Shown piece after piece: positions 39,963-48,233 of a stretch of 64,000 nucleotides of DNA. The notes under the pieces were generated by a model. It searched no databases. It worked only from the letters and a program-made list of their open reading frames with translations, and was not told the origin of the DNA. This DNA comes from an uncultured Christensenella sp. (GTDB lineage Bacteria; Bacillota; Clostridia; Christensenellales; UBA1750), in contig CAOKIU010000005.1 in the NCBI GenBank assembly GCA_948468595.1, forward strand, positions 1,730 through 65,729, given 5' to 3'. Position numbers and translations under genes: made by a program. Position 1 is the stretch's first letter. Each line of letters opens with the position of its first letter.

Positions 39963-40550
39963 ATGAAAAAGATCCTATCCCTCGCGCTGTGCGCGGCCAT
40001 GCTGGCACTGCTTGCCGGATGCGCGACCAAGCCCGCGCCCTCGGCGCAGCCAACCGACGCCCCCACTGCCGCACCGTCAGCCCCTGCGGATTCTCCCGAC
40101 GCCGCGCCCAGCCAGCCGCCCTCCGACGCGCCCGATGACCCTGTGGAGCCCGAACCTAAGGACATGGAGGGTTCCTTTGGCTACGCGCTGCGCTATGATC
40201 CCGCGCTGTTCGCCTTCGCCGCCGCCGACGGCAAGGACACCTATACCCCCCTCAGCGCCCAAGACGCGCAGACCTCCTTTGTGGTCTCCACCCTTGCCAA
40301 GGACGCCATAGCCGCCTATGAGGCGGAGCACATGGGCCAGGACAAGCAGGCGGTGCTCATCGGCACCGGCAGCTACGCCGCCAACATGGGCGTGACCACC
40401 GAGCAGACCGAGGATGGAAGCGCCGTCACCCGCTCCTTTTACACCGTGGCGCTGGAGAGCGGAGACGCGCTGTGCATCGAGATTGTGCGCGTGGGCGATG
40501 CGTGCAAGGACGCGCTGGACGCCATGCTCTCCTCCCTCACCCTGCGCTAA
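39963..40550 (+). CDS. lipoprotein with a Pro/Ala/Asp-rich linker, unknown function
   Basis: Lipobox LALLAGC, then a low-complexity linker and a globular domain of about 130 aa. Confidence 0.75.
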   Translation: MKKILSLALCAAMLALLAGCATKPAPSAQPTDAPTAAPSAPADSPDAAPSQPPSDAPDDPVEPEPKDMEGSFGYALRYDPALFAFAAADGKDTYTPLSAQDAQTSFVVSTLAKDAIAAYEAEHMGQDKQAVLIGTGSYAANMGVTTEQTEDGSAVTRSFYTVALESGDALCIEIVRVGDACKDALDAMLSSLTLR

Positions 40551-40563
40551 ATCCCGCTGACCC

Positions 40564-40591
40564 GGCCCCGTGCAAAGCGCGGGGCCTTTTT
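40564..40591 (+). terminator. rho-independent terminator
   Basis: GGCCCCG...CGGGGCC followed by TTTTT. Confidence 0.75.
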
Positions 40592-40668
40592 GCGCCCGCA
40601 TCCGGCACGGCCCGCGGGCGCAAGCTCCTTAAATTCCACCCGCCCCGCCTCTTTTCCTTCTTTTTTCG

Positions 40669-40712
40669 CCAAAAAACAAGAGCGGCGTCCCGAAATCGCG
40701 TTTCGGAACGCC
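40669..40712 (-). terminator. rho-independent terminator after agrD
   Basis: Minus-strand 12-bp stem (one G-U pair) GGCGTTCCGAAA/TTTCGGGACGCC, followed by GCTCTTGTTTTTTGG. Confidence 0.75.
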
Positions 40713-40730
40713 GCGCCATCGAAGAAAATC

Positions 40731-40853
40731 TTACTTCTTCTGAAGAGAAGCGGGCACCTTAACCTCGTAGCTTCCCTTGATGCTCGCAGAACCAGCGCCT
40801 TCCAGCGCGTTCTGATAAACAACCTTCGCAATCGCGGTGAGAATCTTATTCAT
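40731..40853 (-). CDS. agrD: AgrD-type cyclic-lactone autoinducer precursor (40 aa)
   Basis: Below the track cutoff. AAGGAGGTG lies 7 nt before the ATG. MNKILTAIAKVVYQNALEGAGSASIKGSYEVKVPASLQKK has an amphipathic leader and a YEVKVPxxL tail resembling the clostridial YQP(E/K)VPxxL tail. Confidence 0.7.
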   Translation of the reverse strand: MNKILTAIAKVVYQNALEGAGSASIKGSYEVKVPASLQKK

Positions 40854-40876
40854 GGGGTACACCTCCTTTTAGTACA

Positions 40877-40920
40877 ATTATAGTCCATATTTATATACAA
40901 ACAGTGCACTTCACAAACAG
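40877..40920 (-). promoter_or_regulatory. agrD promoter (-10 TATAAT) with two upstream direct repeats CTGTTTGT
   Basis: -10 box at 40882-40877. ACAAACAG (plus strand) occurs at 40897-40904 and 40913-40920, overlapping the -35 region; these are possible LytTR-type sites. Confidence 0.4.
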
Positions 40921-41106
40921 CATGCGAAAAGGCGAATACCGCTTATGCCGCCCCATCATGTTGTGGTTCAAGGGCCGAAGGAGGCGAATAATTTAATTTG
41001 CCCCTTTATACCATTTGGGCGGTCAATAGTGTATAATGTAGAATGAGAGTAGATTTTACTCCGCGCGGACAAATGACTTTGAAGACTCGCAGAACGAGGG
41101 CTTATT

Positions 41107-42486
41107 ATGCAGAACTTAGGTTGGATTTTCATCGAAATGGGCGCGAACCTGTTTCAAGGATTTTTAGTCACTTATTTCATCGATCATACGCTGCAAAGGA
41201 AGACGCCCGCCAAATGGCCTTCCTTGCTGTGCTGCGGCTGCTTCACCTTTCTGTGCTCGCTCTATCTTTTCTTCAACATGCCGTCCTTTGATACGTGGAT
41301 CTTTGCCGTGCCTTTGGTCTATTCTCTCGTCTTTTTTGAAGGATCGCTCAAGGAGAAGCTGCTGTGGAACGCGGTGCTGATCCCCATCTTCAACGGCATC
41401 GTTCTATTTTGCTACTACATTTTTGTCGCCGCCTTTGACGTGACGACAACCTATCTGTTGGAGCAGAACGCCTTTCGCGTGATCTTCCTGGCCGCGACAA
41501 ATCTTACGCTGTTTGTGACGCTGTTTGCCATCTCCCGCCACAAGCGCCGCCCGCTGAGCAACGTTTACCCGCTCCTGCTGTTCTTTGTCAACCACATCCT
41601 GGTCATCGCAATTATCGATATTCTCTTTTACATCCACGCCAGGGTCAGCTTTCTGGACCCCTGGCTGCTCCTTGCGGCGTCTTTGACGCTGCTGATCTCG
41701 GTGTCCTCCATTTTCCTGTATGAGATCATGGCCACCTACGCCGAGCGCGACTATGAGCGGCAGAAAAAGGAGTATCAGTTGGAGGCGGAAACCCACCGCC
41801 TGGAAGAGCTGCGCAGCATCAACGACTCGCTGCACAGGCTGCGCCACGACATGAAGAATCACATCCAGATCGCCGGAATGCTCATCAGCGCGGGGCGCAG
41901 CCAGGAGGGCGCCGCGTACTTAAAGGAGGCGGACCGCAACATCTTTTCCATCTTCTCCACCGGCTGCCTGCCGCTGGATTCGGAGCTGACCATGAAGGAA
42001 TTGGAGATGCGCCACAGCGGCATTGAATTCGAGCACGACCTGTGCGGCCTGGAAAACGCGCCGCTGAGCGACTTTGACTTGTGCGCTGTGGTGGGCAACC
42101 TGCTCGACAACGCGATTGAGGCCATTTCCCGCCTCCCCGTCCCGCCTGATAAGCCGGTGATCACCCTGCACATTCACCGCGTTCGGGACATGCTCTACAT
42201 TGAGTGCTCCAATCCCTGCGACCCTGCCGCCATCCTGCGCGAGGGCGAGCGGTTCCTCACCTCCAAAAAGGAGAGAGGGCACGGCCTGGGCATCCGCAAC
42301 ATCCAGGCCATCGCCCAAAACGCGCAGGGCTTTTCCTCCTTCACCGCGTCGGACGGCGCGTTTCATGCGTCGCTGGCCATACCCTATCTAACGGAGGCAG
42401 ATCAACATGATGTACATGGCAAGGCGCCTGACCAGCTATTTCATAAAAAAGGGACTCGTTTCGGAAAAGGAACGCGAGATCTATGA
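41107..42486 (+). CDS. AgrC-like membrane sensor histidine kinase (GHKL, HATPase_c_5 type)
   Basis: Polytopic N-terminus. H-box LHRLRHDMKNH, N-box NLLDNAIEA and G-box GHGLGIRNI. Confidence 0.85.
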   Translation: MQNLGWIFIEMGANLFQGFLVTYFIDHTLQRKTPAKWPSLLCCGCFTFLCSLYLFFNMPSFDTWIFAVPLVYSLVFFEGSLKEKLLWNAVLIPIFNGIVLFCYYIFVAAFDVTTTYLLEQNAFRVIFLAATNLTLFVTLFAISRHKRRPLSNVYPLLLFFVNHILVIAIIDILFYIHARVSFLDPWLLLAASLTLLISVSSIFLYEIMATYAERDYERQKKEYQLEAETHRLEELRSINDSLHRLRHDMKNHIQIAGMLISAGRSQEGAAYLKEADRNIFSIFSTGCLPLDSELTMKELEMRHSGIEFEHDLCGLENAPLSDFDLCAVVGNLLDNAIEAISRLPVPPDKPVITLHIHRVRDMLYIECSNPCDPAAILREGERFLTSKKERGHGLGIRNIQAIAQNAQGFSSFTASDGAFHASLAIPYLTEADQHDVHGKAPDQLFHKKGTRFGKGTRDL

Positions 42487-43204
42487 ATACGGCTTTGACA
42501 TCACCCTCTACACCATCTTGAGCACCGCGGGGCTGCTCCTGGCCGGCCTTCTCCTGCGGCAGCTGCTGGCCGCGGCGATCCTGGTGGCGATCTTCTACAC
42601 CTGCCAATCCAACGGCGGGGGCTATCACGCCTCCACCCACCTAAACTGTTTTCTGGTCATGCTCTCCGGCCTGCTCGCCGGGCTGGCCCTTTCGTTTTTC
42701 CCCGTCCCCGCGCCCGTGCTGTACGGCGTTGGCGCGCTGTCCTTTGCCGCGCTTTACGCCGTCCCCCTGGTGCTGCACCCCAACAAGCAGTATTTGGAGG
42801 GGGATCGCCCAAGGCTGACGCGCAGGTCCTACCTGGCCACCACCGCGCTCCTTGCCGCCTGCCTGCTGCTGATCTTTGTTCTGCGCCTGCCGTCCGCCCC
42901 CTTCGCGGCCGGCGTTGCGCTCTCGGCCGTCTCCCGCCTCGCCGCCATGATCATGGATGGCCGCCGCTGGGCCGCTTCGCGCGGCATTTGGCCACAACAA
43001 ATAACGACGGCGCAGCCCGTTTCCACGGGCTGCGCCTTCGTTGTCGATCATTCTATCAGCGCATCGGAGATCTCTTTTCTTCCGCGCTCACCGAAATCCA
43101 GTTCCGACGGGTTCAAATCGCAAACGAGCAAACCCGGCTTGCCCCGCTCCAGCTCCATCAGCGCATTGCCGGAACGGTCGAAGAGCGCGGTAGGCGCGGT
43201 CTGA
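42407..43204 (+). CDS. agrB: AgrB-family peptide-processing membrane protease; the annotated 3' end is probably too long
   Basis: Start follows GGAGG. GGGYHASTHLNCFLVMLSG carries the conserved His/Cys. The ORF reads through the 43009-43036 hairpin into the convergent gene. Confidence 0.75.
   Translation: MMYMARRLTSYFIKKGLVSEKEREIYEYGFDITLYTILSTAGLLLAGLLLRQLLAAAILVAIFYTCQSNGGGYHASTHLNCFLVMLSGLLAGLALSFFPVPAPVLYGVGALSFAALYAVPLVLHPNKQYLEGDRPRLTRRSYLATTALLAACLLLIFVLRLPSAPFAAGVALSAVSRLAAMIMDGRRWAASRGIWPQQITTAQPVSTGCAFVVDHSISASEISFLPRSPKSSSDGFKSQTSKPGLPRSSSISALPERSKSAVGAV
43009..43036. terminator. bidirectional hairpin between convergent agrB and the CN-hydrolase gene
   Basis: 11-bp stem GGCGCAGCCCG/CGGGCTGCGCC with T-rich flanks on both strands. 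Confidence 0.65.
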
Positions 43205-43818
43205 TACGGGCCGGCCGTATTGACAGAGAGCGTATGGCACACATTTTCAACCGCCCTGGTGCGGACATGCGCTTTGATCAAATCGTAACGGGAGCAGTCC
43301 TCGCGGCTGGATCTATCGTAGAACAACACGATATTCAAATCCGTGTTCTGCCTGTACAATTCGCGGAAATACTCCGGAAATCGAATCTCATAGCAAATCC
43401 GAACGCCGATTTTAAATCCGTCAACCGTAAATACGCCGCCTGCATTTCCTGGCTGAAACTGATCCCTATCCCATCCCCATAATGCCCTTTTGTGGTATAC
43501 TTGCCGCTCCATCTGCGGCGCAAAGACAACGGCGCTGTTGTAAATAAGGCCGTCCTCCCTCGTTATGGCGCCCACAACCAGGTACATTTGGCGCTCCTTT
43601 GCCAGCATATCCAACGCATCCAGGCATGAGGCTACCTGTGTAAAGTCCGCTAGCGAGGCGCTCGCAAGATCATGCGGCGGATAGCCCGTGAGCGCGCATT
43701 CCGGAAACGTCAAGAGGCGCACGCCTGCCTGGGAGGCCCTAAAGACCGCCTCCTTCATCCTTTGAAAGTTTGACGCAATACTGCCTGTAACGCAATACTG
43801 GCACGCACCGATCTTCAT
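43048..43818 (-). CDS. carbon-nitrogen hydrolase (nitrilase superfamily)
   Basis: Start MKIGACQY at 43818. Glu in TFPECALTGY, Lys in YHKRAL and Cys in GVRICYEIRFPE. Confidence 0.8.
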   Translation of the reverse strand: MKIGACQYCVTGSIASNFQRMKEAVFRASQAGVRLLTFPECALTGYPPHDLASASLADFTQVASCLDALDMLAKERQMYLVVGAITREDGLIYNSAVVFAPQMERQVYHKRALWGWDRDQFQPGNAGGVFTVDGFKIGVRICYEIRFPEYFRELYRQNTDLNIVLFYDRSSREDCSRYDLIKAHVRTRAVENVCHTLSVNTAGPYQTAPTALFDRSGNALMELERGKPGLLVCDLNPSELDFGERGRKEISDALIE

Positions 43819-43989
43819 TTTTTTGCCGCTCCCATCCATCGATACGGATTTGGATTCCCCCTTTTTAGCATAACTGCCGACGATGATTCTGTCCACCCGC
43901 CTTTTGAAAAATAGGGGTAGCCCTGCCGCCTTCTTTTGGCTCGGGATCTTTTTCATTGCCTCCGTGACACAAGGCGCGCGTCCCCTTAT

Positions 43990-44997
43990 CTATGCGTTCA
44001 AGCATTCTACTAAAATATTGGCGCTCTCCACAATGTCCGCATTCGATCTTAACACCCACACCGGATAAGTATGTTGCATACAGCAATTCTCATAATTTGA
44101 GCCCAAACTCAGCCATTTCGGATGCTCCTGGCGATCATCAATCACCAAGCTTTCTAAATTGTTTTCTCCTTGCCTTTCTATATATGGACGTTCCCTTTCT
44201 TTGGAAAAATCACAGCGTATCACCCCGCCTATTTTTGCCTTAGTCGCCTTCAATATCCCATTTCGTCCAAATCCCTTCATATCCAAATAAAGCTTCTCAT
44301 ATCTGTCGCTTCTCACGGCATTCCTCATGATGTAATCAACAACAATGTTTTCGCTTCCAAAACCCTTCAGCAAAACATCCAGTGTGCTTTGTGTTATCCT
44401 TATGCTGTTATCCATACAGTACACATAATCATTCTTTGGCATATATGCCACTCGATCGTTGCCCAAAACTGCAATATCAGGGCTCAACGCAAGCGTTGCC
44501 AACAATGTCGTGCTTTTCCCTGATCCCTTTGTGCCAGATAACAAATATGCGATATTCTTATAGACAATTGCCGCTGCATGCAACATTTTGTACCCAGCCA
44601 AACTCATAGATTGCACGATAAAGCTCTTGACGACAAATCGCAAATCGCCCAGTTCTTCATAAAGAATCGTGATTTGCCGCCCTTTTTAGCGCACTACACA
44701 GGCGCCCATTCGATAAACGTTCTCTTCGCCTACTCGATACAATTCGGCATCGATGCGCGCATTGGGCTTCTCTCCGCCATGCACATTAACCATGGATGGC
44801 GGTGGTCCCTTCTTTAGCTCCTCAATAAAACGATAGCTTCCCTGTAAAAAAGTTAGACTGTACTCCACATGCCCATCGCTTTTCTCGTGATACGTCAACG
44901 CCTCATGAACGCTGCTTTGCAGATAGTGAAGCACACGTTCATCATCAGCATGTATAGCAAACCAAACGTCATGCACTTGCGCATAATACTCTTTCAT
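43990..44997 (-). pseudogene. HPr-kinase-related P-loop kinase, 336-codon frame interrupted by one in-frame TAA (44688-44686)
   Basis: Track ORFs 44686..44997 and 43990..44643 are in the same frame, separated by TAA plus 14 sense codons. P-loop LLSGTKGSGKSTT. The start follows GAGGAGGAG. Confidence 0.65.
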
Positions 44998-45091
44998 CTC
45001 ATACTCCTCCTCAATTTAATTCCAACATGCACCTTTACCATTCTCAAGCTTTTATTCCCAATGTAGTAAAGGCGACATCATTCTTGACGCT

Positions 45092-45256
45092 TGCACTGCT
45101 GTTAACGCCAATCCAAATTGAGAATATCCCTGTCTTTTTCGATACTTTTGCAACTGAAGACATGTTCATCAATAGATCTCCACAGCATCTCCGAAGCAAG
45201 GTTTGTACAGAAAAAAGTGGCCCTGCCTTTCTGATCAATTGCGTTCAGGTACATTA
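45092..45256 (-). CDS. short PqqD-like (RiPP recognition element-like) protein, 54 aa
   Basis: Below the track cutoff. MSCIMYLNAIDQKGRATFFCTNLASEMLWRSIDE... follows the PqqD pattern (x-LN-x-ta-x-iW). A G7 tract abuts the ATG. Confidence 0.4.
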
Positions 45257-45873
45257 TACAAGACATGACCCCCCCGAATGAATACTAGGCACAAACGGCC
45301 ATGAAAACATCATAATCAGCTTTAATTCTACGCCTGCAATGATAATCGAAAAAGTGAAACAAGGCTACTATCATTGGATCGAAGATTATGGCATGAGCGA
45401 AACCCTGCTAAGTGGCATTTCACGATGGACAAATACGCTTCCCGAAAGCGAACTCAGATTGATTATTCGTTTATTAAAGCATACCGAATTGAGCTGGACT
45501 TCTTACTCTCGGCGAGACCAGGAGAACGCTAGATTCTTAAGATGGATAAAGAAATCTTCAACAAATCAATCCAGGGATATGTTATGATTCAATAAGAACG
45601 TTCCTAGCCTTATGCAGTATGCGAAAGCATTGCGGGTGCAAAAGAGAGCCAAAGATTTGATTGGGTTATGGTAGAAATGGCAGATATAGCGGCTTCCGTT
45701 CTGGCGTAGCTTAAAAAACAAAGCATGGGGACGATGATTTTCTGGTGTTCAACGTCGCTTTATTATTTTTGTATTGACTTTTTGAGAAATTCATGTTACA
45801 AAAAAGTTATAAAAATACGAACTGAAAAAATCAGAGAGAAAACGGGGGGACGGACGGATTCCTGGACTTAATC

Positions 45874-45981
45874 TCACTTCAAGCCAAGGCTCTGTCGGTG
45901 CTCAAACGGATTTCTGCCGCCTAGAGACAGTTTGACGCATTTCTCGTCATACCTATGAACGTATTGATCCAAGTTCTCCAT
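45874..45981 (-). mobile_element. IS3-family transposase C-terminal remnant
   Basis: MENLDQYVHRYDEKCVKLSLGGRNPFEHRQSLGLK* resembles the YIxYYNxxRIKxKLxGxSPxxYR tail of IS3/IS150 OrfB. No upstream catalytic domain is present. Confidence 0.5.
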
Positions 45982-46004
45982 GAATAGTAACGAGTACAGG
46001 ATGA

Positions 46005-46427
46005 AGTGGTGTTTTAGAGAGAAGAGCTGATATCATTGCCATATTAGCCATATTAAAGAAGAGAGGGGAAATCGAATTAGTTGTTAACGGTAACTCAAGT
46101 TATCCCTGGGTACAAAGCGGGGATAAAGTTCGAATCAGATGTTGCGAGAAAATTAGGGTGGGAGAATTAGCATTGGGCATTAATCAACAGGGTAAATTGA
46201 TTCTTCATAGAATTGTTCGCATTGGAAGAGAAAAGGTGATTATGCAGGTATCATCACGAAAAGTTATTGGAGGATCACCCACAAGCGAATTCCATATCCA
46301 TCGCCAGATTGTAGAGCAATACAGATTATTAATTTCCCAAGTTATATTGCATATTATTGGGGACTACGCAGGAGGAGAAAATGAAAGTTTATGGTGTTGC
46401 AGCTTCAAGAGGTATTGCAGAAGGTAA
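46005..46427 (+). pseudogene. S26/S24 signal-peptidase-like protein, 5'-truncated
   Basis: VVNGNSSYPWVQSGDKVRI...VGELAL...LILHRIVRI follows the GxS(M)xP...GD...HRV pattern. The open frame starts at 46005 after a stop, with no start codon before GTG 46158. Confidence 0.5.
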
Positions 46428-46689
46428 GTGCGTCCTTTATCAGGACGATATAAGTTTCCGGGGCGATGAAAAGGTTATTTTGGTAACTGATTTTCTCCCG
46501 CCCTCGGTCGCATCGCTTGATCCAGCGGTTGTTGGAATCGTTACAGAAGACGGAGGAATATTATCACATGCTGCGTGCATAGCACGAGAAGTGGGCATTC
46601 CCTGCATTGTTGGAGTGGAGAACGCGATAGAGCTATTGGAGGATAAGTTTATAACAATGAATGGAGGAGAGGGCGAGATTTATGTTTGA
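46381..46689 (+). CDS. stand-alone PEP-utilising-enzyme mobile (swivel phosphohistidine) domain protein
   Basis: AGGAGGAG lies 5 nt before ATG 46381. GVAASRGIAEGKCVLY and TEDGGILSHAACIAREVGIPCIVG (catalytic His). Confidence 0.85.
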   Translation: MKVYGVAASRGIAEGKCVLYQDDISFRGDEKVILVTDFLPPSVASLDPAVVGIVTEDGGILSHAACIAREVGIPCIVGVENAIELLEDKFITMNGGEGEIYV

Positions 46690-47404
46690 GCAAATCGTGT
46701 CAGAAAAACTTTCTAAAATAAATGATGTTTATGCGCAAATTCATCAATGGCTGATGGCGGAAAGTAGCAGTTACAGAAACTTAATCAAAATGGAGACGCA
46801 GAACGACGAGATTACTCCAGGATATTTAGCGGATAGATACAAAACAACCTATGCCCAAGCAACAGTAAAAATGAACAATGCAGAAAATTACGTAAATAGG
46901 GTTTACTCAACAAACGATCATGGAGATCTATTGGAATTGAGTTTATTATATGCACTGCTCTATTATGTTTATCGAGATGTTCAGCAGTATATTTTCTCTT
47001 ATAACACCGTAATGAACAAAGTGCTCATCCCAGAATACTTGGATAGAAAATACTTGGAACTCAGCGAAGCATGTCCTGACGTACAAATCGATTATTTGGA
47101 ATTTCTTACTCATTTGGATAGGACGACACAAAATAGTTATCTAAAGAGGAGAAAGGAACCCGACAGTAATGCCCCTTGGATGGAGTCGGATTTAACAATA
47201 GAGGTTGCTGCAGTGCTCTCGGAACAAAAAAAATGGGAACGAGAATATAGCTCTTTCCTAAACAATAGGTTCACGCCGGCAATCCTTCTCCTCCGGGGAA
47301 GAATTCATAATTTATTGGCGGAAATGGGAATTGATATCCCTGAGGAAGACAAATACTGTTTGTGGAGGCTGCTACCATTTGTCAAGAAAGTGTTGGGCAA
47401 TTAA
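46682..47404 (+). CDS. 240-aa helical protein of unknown function (linker/substrate-domain candidate)
   Basis: ATG 46682 overlaps the upstream stop (ATGTTTGA) and follows GGAGGAGAGG. I recognise no motif. The C-terminus LLLRGRIHNLLAEMGIDIPEED resembles the helical linker that precedes swivel domains. Confidence 0.7.
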   Translation: MFEQIVSEKLSKINDVYAQIHQWLMAESSSYRNLIKMETQNDEITPGYLADRYKTTYAQATVKMNNAENYVNRVYSTNDHGDLLELSLLYALLYYVYRDVQQYIFSYNTVMNKVLIPEYLDRKYLELSEACPDVQIDYLEFLTHLDRTTQNSYLKRRKEPDSNAPWMESDLTIEVAAVLSEQKKWEREYSSFLNNRFTPAILLLRGRIHNLLAEMGIDIPEEDKYCLWRLLPFVKKVLGN

Positions 47405-47405
47405 C

Positions 47406-48221
47406 ATGAAAGTATATACGTTCGGAAATCGTGAAGATATGGCTCCAAAGGCGAAAAATCTAATTATTTTGTCAGAAAAAAAAATTACAATTCCCAATAC
47501 AATAATTATTCATTTGGAAAACTATTATGAATGCGAAATCAGAAAGTACTACGATGTATATGCTAAACGAGCATTAGATATATTCAGTCAAACCGATCTT
47601 GTGATATTTAGGCCGTGTATATGTGGAGAAGACGGGCAACAAAACTCCTTTGCAGGTATGATGGAGTCCTGCATCTTGCCGCAGTCTTGGATGGATCTAG
47701 ATGGCTTTATGGATGTAACGGGGCGAGCCATGGCGCTAGTAGAGACAGGGCGATACATGCGTGATTATATGAAAAAACGGGGGGTAGGATTACATGAAGT
47801 TCATGATTTGACTTGTATTTTTCAGGAATACATAATTGCTGATAAAGCAGGAGTGCTATTTACCAAAGATCCTGTAAATGGAAAGGACAAAATAATTATT
47901 GAAGCCACTTTTGGGCAAAACACTCCGATTACAGATGGAAAGATTGATCCGGATAGGTATATTGTAAACAAGCAGAGAGGGATTGAGGCTTGTCATATAG
48001 GAAGAAAAGAATATATAACCAGAATAGAGGCTAGAAAAGAAGTAAGTAAAAAGGCAGAGCAAAGTAGTGCACCAATAAGAGTGCTAGATAATCAAGAAAT
48101 TTCGAATCTGTGTACGGTTGCAGAAAGAGTTGAGAAAACATTTGGAACTCCACAGGATATCGAATGGGTAATTCAAGGAAATGAGATATTCGTTCTCCAG
48201 GCGCGACCAATTACTACATAA
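47406..48221 (+). CDS. stand-alone PPDK_N-type ATP-grasp (PEP/pyruvate-binding family) domain protein
   Basis: ATG lies 2 nt after the upstream stop. APKAKNLIILSEKKITIPNT, VLFTKDP, IIIEATFG and the terminal PQDIEWVIQGNEIFVLQARPITT. Confidence 0.85.
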   Translation: MKVYTFGNREDMAPKAKNLIILSEKKITIPNTIIIHLENYYECEIRKYYDVYAKRALDIFSQTDLVIFRPCICGEDGQQNSFAGMMESCILPQSWMDLDGFMDVTGRAMALVETGRYMRDYMKKRGVGLHEVHDLTCIFQEYIIADKAGVLFTKDPVNGKDKIIIEATFGQNTPITDGKIDPDRYIVNKQRGIEACHIGRKEYITRIEARKEVSKKAEQSSAPIRVLDNQEISNLCTVAERVEKTFGTPQDIEWVIQGNEIFVLQARPITT

Positions 48222-48233
48222 AGGAGAATGGAC

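Noticed and set aside
42940-43482. An AgrD-like small ORF in the usual position after agrB. Examples: MAAAGPLRAAFGHNK at about 42950-43001 and ORF 42988..43482.
   Set aside because: None has an amphipathic leader, a Cys/Ser-x4 core or a conserved tail. The 42988..43482 ORF is antisense to the CN-hydrolase gene. The convincing AgrD is the divergent 40-aa ORF at 40731-40853.
43819-43956. The longer start (ATG 43956) for the CN-hydrolase ORF.
   Set aside because: The extra 46 residues (MKKIPSQKKAAGLPLFFKRR...) are basic and low in complexity, with no SD. Family members start near MKIGACQY, and a GGGAG lies upstream of ATG 43818.
45339-45587. 82-aa plus-strand ORF (MIIEKVKQGYYHWIEDYGMSETLLSGISRW...).
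   Set aside because: There is no SD before either candidate ATG and I recognise no family motif. It sits in the scarred part of the island. It may be a remnant of a larger gene, but I cannot support it as a CDS.
43990-46689. The idea that the HPr-kinase-like protein is a PSRP/PDRP-type regulator phosphorylating the swivel domain.
   Set aside because: PSRP/PDRP targets a Thr two residues before the catalytic His (T-S/C-H). The swivel protein here has GGILSH, with Leu at that position, so the regulatory site is absent.
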